Assembly (NCBI RefSeq): GCF_036321535.1
Contig: NC_087445.1
Coordinates: forward strand, 77,872,001 to 77,936,000
Length of the DNA stretch: 64,000 nucleotides
DNA from: Camelus dromedarius
Taxonomy: Eukaryota
Reading direction: 5' to 3'
Shown: in pieces, positions 46,991 through 59,885 of the stretch
Position numbering within the stretch: the first letter of the stretch is position 1
How the letters are laid out: the number at the start of each line of letters is the position of its first letter
The notes under the pieces: generated by a model
The model's input: only the letters and a program-made list of their open reading frames with translations
What the model was told of the DNA's origin: nothing
The model's database searches: none
Program-made: the position numbers and the translations under genes

Positions 46991-49004
46991 GCCTGCACAC
47001 GGAGCCACCATCCTGAGACGCCCCTGCGTGTGCTCGGCCGGCGGCAGGGGCGTTTCCCTTCACACACGGTGCCTGGGGATCTGCTCTGTCCTTTCGGAGC
47101 TGCTTCTCGTCCCGGGGCTTGCGGCAGGCTGTGCCTCGTGCCGTGGCTGGGTCTGGGGTCTGCAGCGCGCTGTGCCCACCACATCTTGCGCTTAGTAGGC
47201 GGTAAGCAAATACCTGCGGTTTCCAAGAGGGGTGGCGTGAGGGTCTTGAAGATTGGGTTGTGCTGAACTTGAAGTTGCTCCAACAAAATAAGTGGTCAGT
47301 GTCCTTCTGCGGTGGGAAGCCGGTGTTAGTGATTCGGGCGGGCACAGCTTGCGGCCCTAAATCCCAGTTAAACATTTATTGAAAGAGAAAGGAGGCAGAG
47401 CATGGGTGACCCGGCGGGCAGGACCCCAGCAGCATGGATGCTGGGCAGAGCCTGCAGTTCCCGCTGGCACTGGGAGGTGGCGCCCGTCCCCAGCAGTTGG
47501 AATTCGCTGCTTCCAACCCAGACGCTGCCACAGATCCCGCGTTAACCGGGAAAACAAACCAGAGGAGCCGCTCAGCCCGCGGCCTCGCACCCAGCGCTCA
47601 GGCCTGGAGCGCCCGGCTGTAGCTGAGCCCTCTGCGGACGGGGACGCGGCAGAGAGCACCCGGGGAGCTGGTGCCCATCTTAGGCAGGCGCCAGGAAGGC
47701 CGGCCCCTTCCTCACGAAGTCCCCTTTCAGTCCCCACCTGGGAAGGGAGATTAATTCTCGCCAGGCAGAGCAGAGTGCTGCCGGGGTGGGGGCTTCCCAG
47801 ATGCCAGGGAAGCTGAATGGGAGGCCCAGGGAAGCGCTCTCGACCCCCACTAGGAGCCGCGCGAAGCCCTGTTACGATGTGTGACCCGGTCAGGCCTGCG
47901 CTCCCAGGGGGCCTTACACGTGTTCTGGCGCCGATGCCGCCCAGGGCTGGGGGCTCGCGCCAGCCTCCCCTGCCCCGCTGCCGGGGCACCAGGCCCACCC
48001 CCGCCCCAGGGGGAGCCAGAGAGGACACGAACCCCCGCCCCAGGCCCCAGGTCCCTAACCAGGGCCCCTCCTGCACCACACTCATCGCTGGTGGGGCCAC
48101 TTTAGTAGCAGTGCCAGGAGGCCTGAGACCCAAAGCCCCCCACTCCTGCACCCCTCCTGTGTGCGCGCACCCCTCACATCTGCACCCAGGAGCCCATTGG
48201 GCACCGGGAGCTGCCAGCAAAAGCCTTGGGGCTCCAGCTGCCCAGCACTACCCAGAGGGCTTCCCCTTTGCCCAAGCCTCTCCCTCCCCAGCGCTGGGGA
48301 TGGAGGCCCCCCCCCCCACCAGAGGCTGCTTTGGGAGCGGGCCAGGAGCTCGCCCTCTGGGCTGGGTTTCAGGGTCAGCGGGGCTGGCAGGAGCCTGGAG
48401 CCACCACAAAGCAAGTCCCCTGCAGGGAGGCAGAGCGAGCCCTTGGGGGGTCTCAGGGCTGCCTGGGCCTTGCTCGCCGAAGGCCTGGAGGGTGGGAGGG
48501 CAGCCGCCAGCCCCTGTGCCAAGGCCGGGCGGCAGGCAGATTTCGATGACTTGCAAGGGGGCAGCGGTCTCTTTCCTCCGGGATCACCCCCTCCCAACTC
48601 CTGGGCGACAGGGCTCTGCAGACTTCGCTGCCAGCAGCCAGGGGGCGGCGGGGAGCCGGAGTGGAGAGGAAAAATCCACCCATTTCTTGGGCAGATTGCG
48701 TCGGCCGCCGCCCGGCCGTGTCCCCGCCTCCCGGCCGCGGCCCCCGCGCTCAGCCCGCGCGGCGCTCAGAGCCAGAGCAGGAACCGGAGCTGGCGGCCCT
48801 TCCCGGCGGCGGGTGGCGGGCGGGCGGGCGGGCGGACAGCCGCGGACGGTGAGCAGCGGCGAGGCGGCCACTCTCCTGGGCGCCCGAGGCGGCGCGGCCA
48901 TGGCCAGGGAGCGCGGGGCGGCGGCGGCGGGCGGGCGGAGGCGGGCCGAGGGGGCGCGGGGACACGGCCGGGCGCCCCTGCCCGCCGCGGTGCCCGCCGC
49001 CTGA

Positions 49005-49472
<468 letters not shown>

Positions 49473-49509
49473 TAGCAGCTCAGGGACTCAGAGGCTTGGA
49501 GTCCTCAAT

Positions 49510-49600
49510 CAACTAATGAGTCCCCGTTGATAAGGTTTGGAAACTGAGGCAGGGGTCTTGGGGACTTGTCCAAGGTCACTCCGCAAGTGAGGGGTGGAGA
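49510..49600 (-). mobile_element. MIR fragment inside the exon B CpG island
   Basis: GGAAACTGAGGCAGG...GACTTGTCCAAGGTCAC...AAGTGAGG. Confidence 0.6.
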
Positions 49601-51065
49601 CGCGACCGACCCCGGTCCGGCTGGGTCCAGCCAGGGCTCGGGATTGAGCGCGCCCTACTTTGCAAAAGCCGGACTGGACCGGCCGGAGTGGGGCCCGGGC
49701 GGGGAGCCGAGGGGCTCTTGCCCTCAAAGTCCCGAGGCACCTTTCGCCTCTCGTCCCCGTGCAGAGGTCCGTGGGTCCCCCGCTGGCGGAGGGTGCAGAG
49801 GGGCCGGGCGGGGCCCCGGAGCCACAGCTGCTGGGCTTGCCCGTCGCCTTCCGCGCCCCCCTCCCACCCTGCCGCTGAAACGCTTCTCCCTTCTCGGCGC
49901 CTTGGGGGAGGGGGCCGGCGGCCCAGACCGCCTTTGGGCAGGGCTGACTTCGGCGGTGGCTGGAGCGGGGGCAGAGGAACCACCCCGGAGCGGCCGGCGG
50001 CGGCGGCGCCGCGCGCAGAGGAAGGGGCGCGCCCCAGGCCCGCTCCTTCTAAGCCAAAAGGAGAGGTGAAGGACACTCGTCTCCTCTCCCGCTCCCTTTC
50101 GGCTGTCAAGGGCGCAGTGCTCTGGGAGGAGGTCTCATGGCGACCCCTCCCGAGCTGTCATCCGTCCACCTCACCTGCTCTTTTGGGAACTGCATGCAGC
50201 GTTTTCTTCCTAACGACTTTGTTCCTGCCTGTGGGTCCTGAGCTCGGGGGTTAGAAATGAATGAAATGAAATGCATCTACTATGGATTCCCTCCGCCCAA
50301 CTTCTCCTCCCCGCCCCACGCTAAAAATAGCAGGGAGGTGGCCTGAGGCGACTGGGCAGGCTGCAGGTCTGGGCTCAGGGAGTGTTTTCCAACAGTAGTG
50401 CCTGCCCCTGTCCCTGCCGGTGGGGACCCCTGCGCTGGGCTGCAAGGTGACACCAGCCACATCAGCTCTGGCTTCGTGGCGGTCCTTGGGCACACCTCGG
50501 GACTGAGGTTGGGTGTGACCCCTGCACAACATGTCACCAGCAACTTGGTGGCATCCTCCAAATGGCTCGTGGGTGGCAGCCTGCGTGGAGCTGGAAGCCC
50601 GGCATCCTCGCGGGCAGGGACTGCCTCGGCCGGGCTGCCAGCGGGAATGTGGCCCAGGTTTGGGGTCGCTGCAGCTCTGGGCTAACAGGCTGCTGGCTCC
50701 GGGCTCTTACCGCGGGCCCTTCATCTCCAGCGTCAGGGAGCAGCCGAGCGAGGCTGCGCCAGCCCCCCCCCCCCCCCACTTACGGGAGGAGATCTGATTT
50801 CTGAATTACGTGCCCGCTGTGAGTCAGCCAGCCACTTGCTGTCCTGCTTGCTGCTCAGCCAGCCTGCAGCCTCTGGTCACCCTCCCTTCCACCCAACGTG
50901 TGAATTTGGTCAGATGCCAAGACTCCAAACATCCCCTAAATTTAAAACTCCCTTGGATTAGAAAACAATTTTTAAAGAGCTCTACCTGTGTGACTGCCTT
51001 CCAGCCCTGGGGCTCCTGATGGGAGACGGTCTGTGTTCCCGGGGACCCCGTCCTCCCCAGGGTAG

Positions 51066-51524
<459 letters not shown>

Positions 51525-52229
51525 TGAATGGATGGAGACTCCCCAAGGTGGCCCAGGAGGAGGCCAATAGCCCCACTGAGGAGCCACGTGGGTGTAGAGA
51601 GGGGCCACGCAGGGCTCCACCCCGCACCACCGTCTCCCAGTCCTGCCACGTCTGTGGTCCAGAGGGCTCCGCGCTGTCACGGAGCAGCGCCTGGGGGAGC
51701 TCCCCTGGTCTTTGCCCCCCTTGTGAGTGGTTGACCTGGTGACAGCCCGGCCAGGCGTTCACCCCCACCCCCGGGGACTGCCTTCTGGGTGCAAAAGCAG
51801 ATGAAACTGTCGCCTTTGTAACCCACCTGGGAATGGCGCGTGCGATCTGCAGATGCATCTAGCCTCCGTTATTTCACTCGAGCTTCACAAGAACCAGGTG
51901 AAGCTGGTGAGATTTTCACCCTATTTTTAGAAGAGGGGCTCTGGGTCCAGGGAGGTAGACTGACCGTCCCAAGCCAAACAGCTGGTTAGCAGGGGAGCCC
52001 CTCCCAGCCCTGGGGCCAGCCTCTCGCCTGGCTTCGCTCCCAGCCTCCCGGCCCCCCCTGCCCCAGGAACCCTGGGCTTTCAGGTACCTCGAGGGTCAGG
52101 TCCCCTGGGGGCCACTCAGGGGAGAAGGAGGAATGGGTGGTCCTTCTGCTCCACTCAGCACCCTCCCCCAGGAAGAGCACACATGTTGTATCAGGACCCT
52201 TAGCGCCCTGAGAGAGGGGTCACACCTCC

Positions 52230-52460
52230 CACACACCACGCACAAATGCTGACGGACGCGCCGGCACGAAGACAGCACACACATCACACAGCATGTGTAC
52301 GTCCGTCACACAACCACACACAAATGTCACACACACACAGACGCCACACACACATTACACACTACATACACCCCGCGCACGCCTCTCACTCACTCACACA
52401 CACCACACACAAGTACACATAACATACACACACCCCCTGCACATCACGCGCGCGCACACA
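52230..52460 (+). repeat. CA-rich low-complexity tract in the OLFM1 intron
   Basis: About 230 nt of interrupted CACA/ACAC runs. Confidence 0.85.
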
Positions 52461-53564
52461 GCCCCGTGACGCCACACGGGGAGTTCCGGCGGCCGGTGGA
52501 GGGCCGCGTCGCCGGGCCAGGCTCGGTCCGGTTCAGTTCGAGCCCAGCTCACCCCGCAGCCCTCACACAGGTCTTGGTAACCAGGTGCCTTTCTTGGATT
52601 TGGTTTCTTCAGCTGTGGAGGGAGAGGGCGGCTGAGAGCTGAGGGGCCGGGGAGGCGGGAGGGGCGAGGAGCAGCCAGGGCGGCTGGGCTCCCCCTCCCC
52701 CCCAGGAGCTGTGTGCTCTGTCTTCCGCCACCTGCAGGCCCCCGGTACACCGCTTTATCAGAATTAAAGAAAGATATGTTGAGCAGATTCCACATTTATT
52801 AACACCAAACTAGACCAAAGTCTAACTGGGCCTTTAATTATTCAGAATTGTAGAGGAGGGCGGTGGTGCTTGGAGGGGCCGCCAGGCTGCCAGGAGGTGG
52901 GGGCAGCCCCCAAACCCTTGGGACGAGGCGCTCAGAGGGTTCCAGAAAGCTCTGTGAGCCCCTGGGAACACAGGCTTGGAGCCCCCTTCCTGCCTGTGTG
53001 CACCGCAGCATCACTGCTTAAAAATGTAAAGCCCTGTTTTACACCCTAGTGGGCCCCGCGTTCCCTGAGGGCTTCCAGGGCAGGAGCCGCTGTTGGCCGC
53101 CGGCTGCTGCGGCCTCGCGGGAGGGGCGGGGCTGCTCGGCCCAGCCCCCCAGCCCCCCAGGCCCCCAGCCTGCCTCCTCTTCCCCTTTCCGGCCTGAGCG
53201 GCCGAGCTGGGCTGAGGTAGGGGTGCACCCAGCACCATCTGAGCTCCTGTTCTGTCCCCGGGGCTGGGGTCCCAGTTGTGCGGGTTTTTCCTGCCTGGAG
53301 TCCCCTGAAAACCCACCTGGGGAGCTTCCAAGGGCAGAGCCGTGGGTCCCAGGCCCAGAGGCCCTGACTTCAGCCCACCTGCAGTCCTGGGAGGAGCCGG
53401 GCACCAGTGTGTCGTGATAGCCCCCCAGGGCTGGGCCTGAGGAGCCCTGGGTCGCCAAGGGCGGGCGAGGACCCCAGGCCCTGTCCTCTCTGAAGATGCA
53501 CTCAGCCCAGAGCTTGAGAGCGGAGGCTTCGGAGCCAGTCCAGGCCCTGCGTGGTGGCTGTCTG

Positions 53565-53715
53565 CTGTGTGACAGGAGACCGGTCACTTAGCTTCTCTGA
53601 GCCTTGGTCTCCTTTATGTGTGAAATGGGACTTGAAATAGTGCCCACCTCCCAGGGATAAGTAAGATGGGGGGCTCAGCATAGAATGTGCCTGGAATGTA
53701 GAAATCAGTCCATGG
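53565..53715 (+). mobile_element. MIR SINE
   Basis: CTGTGTGAC...TCACTTAGCTTCTCTGAGCCTTGGTCTCCTTTATGTGTGAAATGGG...AATAGTGCCCACCTCCCAGGG...AGAATGTGCCTGG. Confidence 0.75.
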
Positions 53716-54089
53716 ATTTGAGGGGGCAGTCGTCCCCTCTGGGCCAGGTGTGTCTGCTGCCGCCCCTCGCCCCAGCACCTGCCGCCACCCAGGGGTGGGG
53801 GTTAGCCTGTGCATCTGGCACCTGTGTGACCTTGAGCTCCTCAGCTGGCCTCTCAGGGGCACGTCCTACAGGTAGGAGACAGGACGCGTGCGGAGGAGGA
53901 GGTTCTAGACTGTGATCAGGGAGTGACTGCCCCCAACCCCCGGGGCTCCGTGATCTGCTTTGTGATTGGCCAGAAAGGGAAGCCCGCACCCTGTGGGAAG
54001 GACCGTAGGAAGGCATGTATTGTGTTTTAAGGCCACTGAGCTGCTTGGCATCTTTAAGATTTGTTTTCTAAATTTAAGATTTAAGTCAA

Positions 54090-54230
54090 GGGGGAGGATA
54101 GCGCTCAGTGGTAGAGGGCTTGCTTAGCATGGGTGAGGTCCTGGCTTCAATCCCTAGTGCCTCTATTTAATAAATCAGCCTAATTAGTCCTCCACCCCCC
54201 CCCCCAAAAAAACAATTTTTTAATTAAAAA
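54090..54230 (+). mobile_element. tRNA-derived SINE, Vic-1-like (camelid)
   Basis: GGGGGAGGATAGCGCTCAGTGGTAGAG (A box)...GCTTAGCATG...GAGGTCCTGGCTTCAATCCCTAGT (B box)...AATAAATCAGCCTAATTA, poly-C, A-rich tail. Degenerate TSD AAGATTTAAGTCAA (54076-54089) / AAGATTTAATTTGA (54231-54244). Confidence 0.85.
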
Positions 54231-54579
54231 AAGATTTAATTTGAAATTTTTTAACTTGCTAAAAGCATTCCTTCTCCGGCTAATGAACAGCCCAGCGTGC
54301 CGTGCGTGGCCCCCTCAGAAACGAGGCTGAAGCCACGTGGGTTCAGCAACTTCGGCTCAGCAAACCTGAGTCCGCAGCCACGTGGGTTCTCAGTCATTTC
54401 GGGAATCGTACCCCCTGGCGGTAGGAGTCTTGACTGAGCTCCCATGGTAAGGCTGGGCCTTAGGTGCGGGGCCTTGCAATGGGCAACAGGTGTGGTCCAG
54501 GAAGGCAGTAGAGACGGCTGTGTGCAAGCATTGTGCCAACAAGATGATGGTGTTTCCAAGCAGTGCCCAGCCCCTTCTG

Positions 54580-54700
54580 GCTTGGCGCATCAGGGAAGCC
54601 TCCCTGGAGGAGGTGGCATTTGGGCTGGGCCTGGAAGGATAAAGGAAAGACAACTTTTCTCAAAGAAGTCTGCAGTTCTTCAAAGTGGTGGGGCCAACAG
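54580..54700 (-). mobile_element. L2 fragment
   Basis: CAGGGAAGCCTCCCTGGAGGAGGTGGCATTTGGGCTGGGCCTGGAAGGA. Confidence 0.65.
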
Positions 54701-55336
54701 TTGAGTGGGGACAGGGAGACTCGAGGTAGCGAAGCAAATATATTTCAGTTTCCCGGAAAACAGCTAAAGGGAACAGAGCAGGAGGAGTCCGAGTCAGCAC
54801 ATGCTGTGTCTTACAAGCCTGAATGTTTAAACCGAATTCGCGTGTGACTTTCAAATAATGAGCCATAAAGTCCAGGCGTTGTTCAGTGCTGAGGTGAGCA
54901 GTACCCGGTTTCTCCGACTGAGAGCCTTTGGTCGCGCTCTCTCTTTTTTATTTGCGGGGGTGGAGGATGTGCCGTAAGAGGAACACACCACACCGCCATC
55001 TCCTCTTTTACTGACCAGGCAGAGGGAAGACTGGGACCCAAGTGATTTTGTTCCTAAAAGGGGGTATTTTCAAATCCAGCAAAAAGTCAGAAATGAAGAT
55101 TTGTGGAATGCAAGCATCGTTCCCCTAGTAATTGGATTATTTTCTGCAAAAATGACCCAAACCATGCTGCAGTGACCCTGAGCCCCGCCGCGCCTCCCCA
55201 CAGCCCCGAGCCCATTTGCCCGGAAGCGCCAGTCAGTTTCCTGAAAATAAAACGCACTGGCAGGTGGCTGCACTGAAACTGTTTTTCTTTTAAGCTCTCT
55301 GGAATCCTGTTGAATATTAACGCAGCGCTCGACTGT

Positions 55337-55536
55337 NNNNNNNNNNNNNNNNNNNNNNNNNNNNNNNNNNNNNNNNNNNNNNNNNNNNNNNNNNNNNNNN
55401 NNNNNNNNNNNNNNNNNNNNNNNNNNNNNNNNNNNNNNNNNNNNNNNNNNNNNNNNNNNNNNNNNNNNNNNNNNNNNNNNNNNNNNNNNNNNNNNNNNNN
55501 NNNNNNNNNNNNNNNNNNNNNNNNNNNNNNNNNNNN
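55337..55536. other. Assembly gap (exactly 200 N)
   Basis: Run of 200 n. The round length suggests a scaffolding placeholder of unknown true size. Confidence 0.99.
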
Positions 55537-58413
55537 AGTCACGGCACCAGCCTGGACTCTGCCTTGTCCACTTGGGCTCCGGACGTCGGCTCTGCCGGGG
55601 ACGCCCTGGGCTGCCCCCGAGCACCCTGGGCCTCAGTCTCTTCATCTGTGATGTGAAGGGTCAGCAGGAGGTAACTGCGGGTTGTGGGGGCCTTGCCCGC
55701 ACCCACATAGGCCCCCGCACAGAACAGCGCTGGAGGACAAGCATCCTGACCACGTGACTGCCCCGGGGAGGGCATGTGTGCTTGCATGAGGTTCCATGGG
55801 CCCAAGTGGGTACAGGGTAACTACAATTCTGGAAATTCCTTCCTGTTTTGCAAAGAGTAGAGCCGAGTGTGGGCACCAGAGGGGACGAGGCTGGACCCCA
55901 GCACTGGCCAGTCGGAGACACTGGAAGATGGAGGCCCTACAGCGGGGCGGTGGGGCGGGGGCTCTGTGGACTGCGACCAGCCGGCTCGGTTTCCGTGGCT
56001 GTCGGAGCTGGAGCCAGTTCCCAGGAGACGCTGGCTCCCCTGGGAAACGCGCCGACTGCCCTCAGCAGGGAGAGGCTGTCATGCCGCAGCCCCCAACGGA
56101 GGTCTGTGCACAGGACGCCGTTGGCAGAGGGGGCTCTTATAGCACCTAATTTGGGCTGGAAGGGCCCAGTCACTGCGCAAGGCTCGGGAGGCAGCAGCTG
56201 GCAGGTGGGGCGGGTGGGGGTGAGGTTGAGGGAGGCGGGGGAGGCCTGGAACCTGGTCCTGACAGGAGCTGACAGGCCCAGGTGCAGACAGCTGGCCCAG
56301 GGCGCAGTGGGGAAGGGCACCAAGACGGATGGCAGGTTGGGGCTGGGGAGGGGAATGGTGGGCGTGCAGGGACCTGGCGGGGACACCCGGCTGTGGTCCA
56401 TCATAAAGCCCCTCACTCTGTCCATGTGCATCCATCCACACCGTTCCTGTGACCAGAGTGCCGAGGGCTTCAGGGGAGGGGTGTGGTGGGCAGGACAGGA
56501 CCCTGGCCGCCCACCTCCAGCTCCAAGCAGCAGTGGCCTCCGAGATGTGCCGGGGCCGTGCTCTGCCCCCAGGCCCCTCCGTTTATCTTCTGTAAGACAG
56601 GATCCTCACGGGTGCCCCCGGGGGCTGCCTCGTGGCTCCATGGACACTGGGCTGGCCGGGCTGCACAGGGATTGGTGGCTACCCCCCTCCTCCCCACGTT
56701 CGTGAGCACAGAGCCCAGGGTGTGATCAGCATTTCCCAGCATCCCTGAGGGAGCTTTGATTCCACAGAAGGGGTGGCTCCTGTGTTCGATGGAGCTGAGG
56801 ACGCCGTGGGACTCGGGTGCCCACGCTCCCGGGTGGGGCATCCCCACCAGCCCTTACAGTGGCGCCATGCCGATGAGGCACCAGGGCTCCCAGCTGGCTC
56901 CCCAGCTCCCTGGCGCCACCCCATGGGGCCACACATTGACATTCGTGGGCCCTGGCATCATCCCCACTGTGCCTGATGGTCCTGTCCACCCTGCTTGTGC
57001 CCAGGGACAGCTGCCCAGCCCTGGCTCGGGGAGGTCAACCAGCTGGCTCAGAGCAGTGCCCAACAGCTTGGGCTCCTCTGCTCACTCACGGGTTGGCAGG
57101 CGGTCCAGCCGCCGGGTCTCAGGCAGATGGGGGGGTCAGGCTCATCTCGTGGCCAGACCTGTGCTGTCTGCACCTCCCCAGCCCTCCCTGGAGCACCCCA
57201 GGCCTGACCCCCCAGAGGGCACTCTCTCTGGCCCCCACCCCGGCCTGATGTCCCTCTGGGGTCACCTATCAGCCTGCCTGAGTTTGGCTCTGCATTTTCA
57301 CTGAGAAGTGGCTCCACGGTGCCTGGAGAGCACAGGGCCGATGTGGGCGCAGGAGAACCTGGGCCCGGCAGTCACCCCCACCACAAGGGAGGCTCTGCTG
57401 AGGGGTTCCCACATTCGGGCCAGGACAAGCTGACTGCCAGACGAATGTCCAGTCTCTTAGTGACATGTTCTGCCCGCTGCAGGGGTCCCGCCCTGCCCGA
57501 GCCTGTGCCGCTGACAGCGTGGTGAGCAGGTGCAGCTGGTCCCCACCCGGCGGGCCCTGGAGGCCCCGTCCCCCCAGACTTCCTTCTGCCTCTAAACATT
57601 CTCAGCCGCCGGCGTGGAAAGGCCAGGCATCAGGGACGGCAGCCGGGTGGAAGCCAGCACCAGCCGGGGGCACACCCTCTCTGGGCCCAGGCTGCTGGCA
57701 GCTTTCCCAGCCGAGCTGATTCCTGGGGCTTTTTCCCTTCCTGTGCCACTGAGGGGGGACGCCGGGCACCCGGGCCCTGAAGGCAACTTCTCTCCACACC
57801 TCCGTCTCCGTCTCTGTGGGCTGGGGGCCCAGGGGCATCCCCAGACAGCGGGATGCCACGGGCCTCTAGGTTGCCCAGGGCAGGTGCTGGTTCCTTCCCA
57901 AGGCTGCTCCCAGGGCCACCGAGATCGTCACCCTGTGTCAGTTTACAGTGTATGGGCCTGGGCACCCCTGGGCCTGGAGGCAGCTCTGGGGCCTCCTGTG
58001 TTACAGACGGGGAAGCCAAGGCTCAGAGGACGCAGGGCGAGGCCAAGGCAGGGCCCGGCCGTCTGAGGATCCGGCGCACACCGCAGGGCCTGGCCTGGCC
58101 CCGGCCCCACGCCCACCCCCACCCCCCCACACGGGCGCGCGTGTGCACACGGACACACGCACGCACACGCGCACAGAAGGCACAGGCTGCGCGCACACAG
58201 GTGCACGGGTCCTAGCGCCCCTGGGAGAGGTTTCCTGGTCAGAACTGCATTTCTGCAGGTGTGAGGGGTTATAACCCAAAGGACGTGTTCCTGGAACCCG
58301 GCAACGAGGGGCTCCTCGCCCCCCAGAGGTGGGGGCTCTGCCCCAACGCTGAGCGAGGCTGTGCTGTCCCCCAAGCCTCCCTGGTACCTGGAGGGCCAGA
58401 CTCGGGCGTGAGG

Positions 58414-58432
58414 CAGCGCCATCTAGTGGGCG
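58414..58432 (-). promoter_or_regulatory. Candidate CTCF site
   Basis: Reverse complement CGCCCACTAGATGGCGCTG fits the CTCF core CCAC(C/T)AG(A/G)(G/T)GGCGC at every high-information position. Confidence 0.55.
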
Positions 58433-59454
58433 AGGCGGATGCTGCACAGATGGGCGGGGGAGGCCCCCGAGGGTGAAGCCACGGCCCCCAGCGGCCCACC
58501 ACCCACCGGGGGGCACGGGACATCCGGAGTCTTCCCCCAGGCCAGCACAGGCAGCACGCCTCTGCACAAACGCCCAGAGAGACGCCACGAGGGAGCAGCT
58601 GGCACGTGAGCCTCACGTGTGTCTCGCGTTCCGTGGAGCCACAGAAAGTGCTGCTCACGTGGCAGCAGCTGAGTGTTAGAAAGGATGCGTCTGGGTTTTT
58701 CTCTCTATTTTTAAAGCTATTTTTTAAATGCCTAGCGACACCCTGGGAGTCAGCACTGGACAAGTGACACGTTTTCAGGGGCATGTGTGTCCCGTCCCCG
58801 CCCGGGGTCCCGGCAGAGTCGTGGCGCCCCGGACACGTGGGGAGGGGTGAAGGAGGCCCAGCCCTCAGATGAGCACGGGGCAGGATGAAGTGGCATGTGC
58901 AGGGGCCCCAGCTGAGCTCTCGCACCCACAGCTATTCTGCAAAGAGGACCGCTTCCCTGAGCCCTGGCGTCCCTGTGGCTCAAGGCTAGGCGCCGGGGGC
59001 CTCTGGTCGGCCATCCAGGGAGAACGTTCGCCTTCCTCCTGAGACCCTGAGCCACCTGTCCAGGACCTTGCTCACCACGATGACAGCCACAGAGCGGGGA
59101 TCGTGCATGTCCAGCACCGAGGGCACCCTCACCGGTGGCTGGGACCCCCACCACTCACTCGGACCCTCATTCCCTGTGTGAATGGAAGCCTGCCTTTCAG
59201 ACACCACGGCTGGGGTCCCACATGCACACAGCTCAGCTCTCAGTGGGGACTCAGAGCTGGAGGGCGGGGGGAGCCGGCACCTTGTGGACACCAGTGGGCT
59301 CAGGAGGGAAGACGTGGAGGGGACAGGCTGGTCACCTTTGCCCTCAGATGTTAAAACCCACAGGTCTTGCTGCTGGGGACAACAATGTGACACCGTCAGA
59401 CCCCAGAGAATGTCACCTGTCAAGCACCTGCTCAGTCCCCAGACTCCCTCGGAG

Positions 59455-59530
59455 GGGCTGAGGGGGGGCTGATGGGGGGCTGATGGGGGGCTAAGGGGGC
59501 TGAGAGGGCTGGAGGAGGGCTGAGGGGGTA
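59455..59530. repeat. G-rich short tandem repeat, (GGGGGCTGA)-like
   Basis: GGGGCTGAGGGGGGGCTGATGGGGGGCTGATGGGGGGCTAAGGGGGCTGAG. Has more than four G-runs, so G4-compatible. Confidence 0.8.
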
Positions 59531-59595
59531 GGACGGCCTTGCAGGAGAGAAAGTGGGAAGGCGCTCCTTTCTCTTGATGCCTCGTTCTGAGGGTC

Positions 59596-59885
59596 TGCAC
59601 ACGTATGTGTGTGCGCCTTGGTGTGCATGCATGCGTGTGCATTACAGAGCGCGCGCACCCATGTGCACGTGTGCTTTTGAGTGTGTTCGTGCGCACGTGC
59701 CATGTGTTCCGTGTGTGCTGCATGCACGTGGGCAGGTATGCTGTGTCTGCATGTATATGTGCCCACGCCTGGGTGCGTGTGTGCATGCGTCCATGTGAAC
59801 ACGTGTGCGTTGTGTAAATACACGTGTGCATGGTGTACCTTGTGCACGCGGGAGCCTATGTGAGCGCACGTACATGTGAGTGTCT
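59596..59885. repeat. Degenerate (TG/GC/CA) low-complexity tract
   Basis: About 290 nt of GTGT/GCAT/GTGC units in mostly alternating purine-pyrimidine order. Confidence 0.85.

Noticed and set aside
54090-54165. tRNA-like A and B boxes
   Set aside because: This is the head of a SINE with a tail and TSD, not a tRNA gene. There is no complete cloverleaf.
57462-57473. Minus-strand GCAGAACATGTC (Q-N-M-S) matching the start of the missing OLFM1 exon
   Set aside because: Only a 12-nt match. It continues as LRDWTFVW rather than QSIEVLDRR, has no acceptor, and is on the wrong strand.
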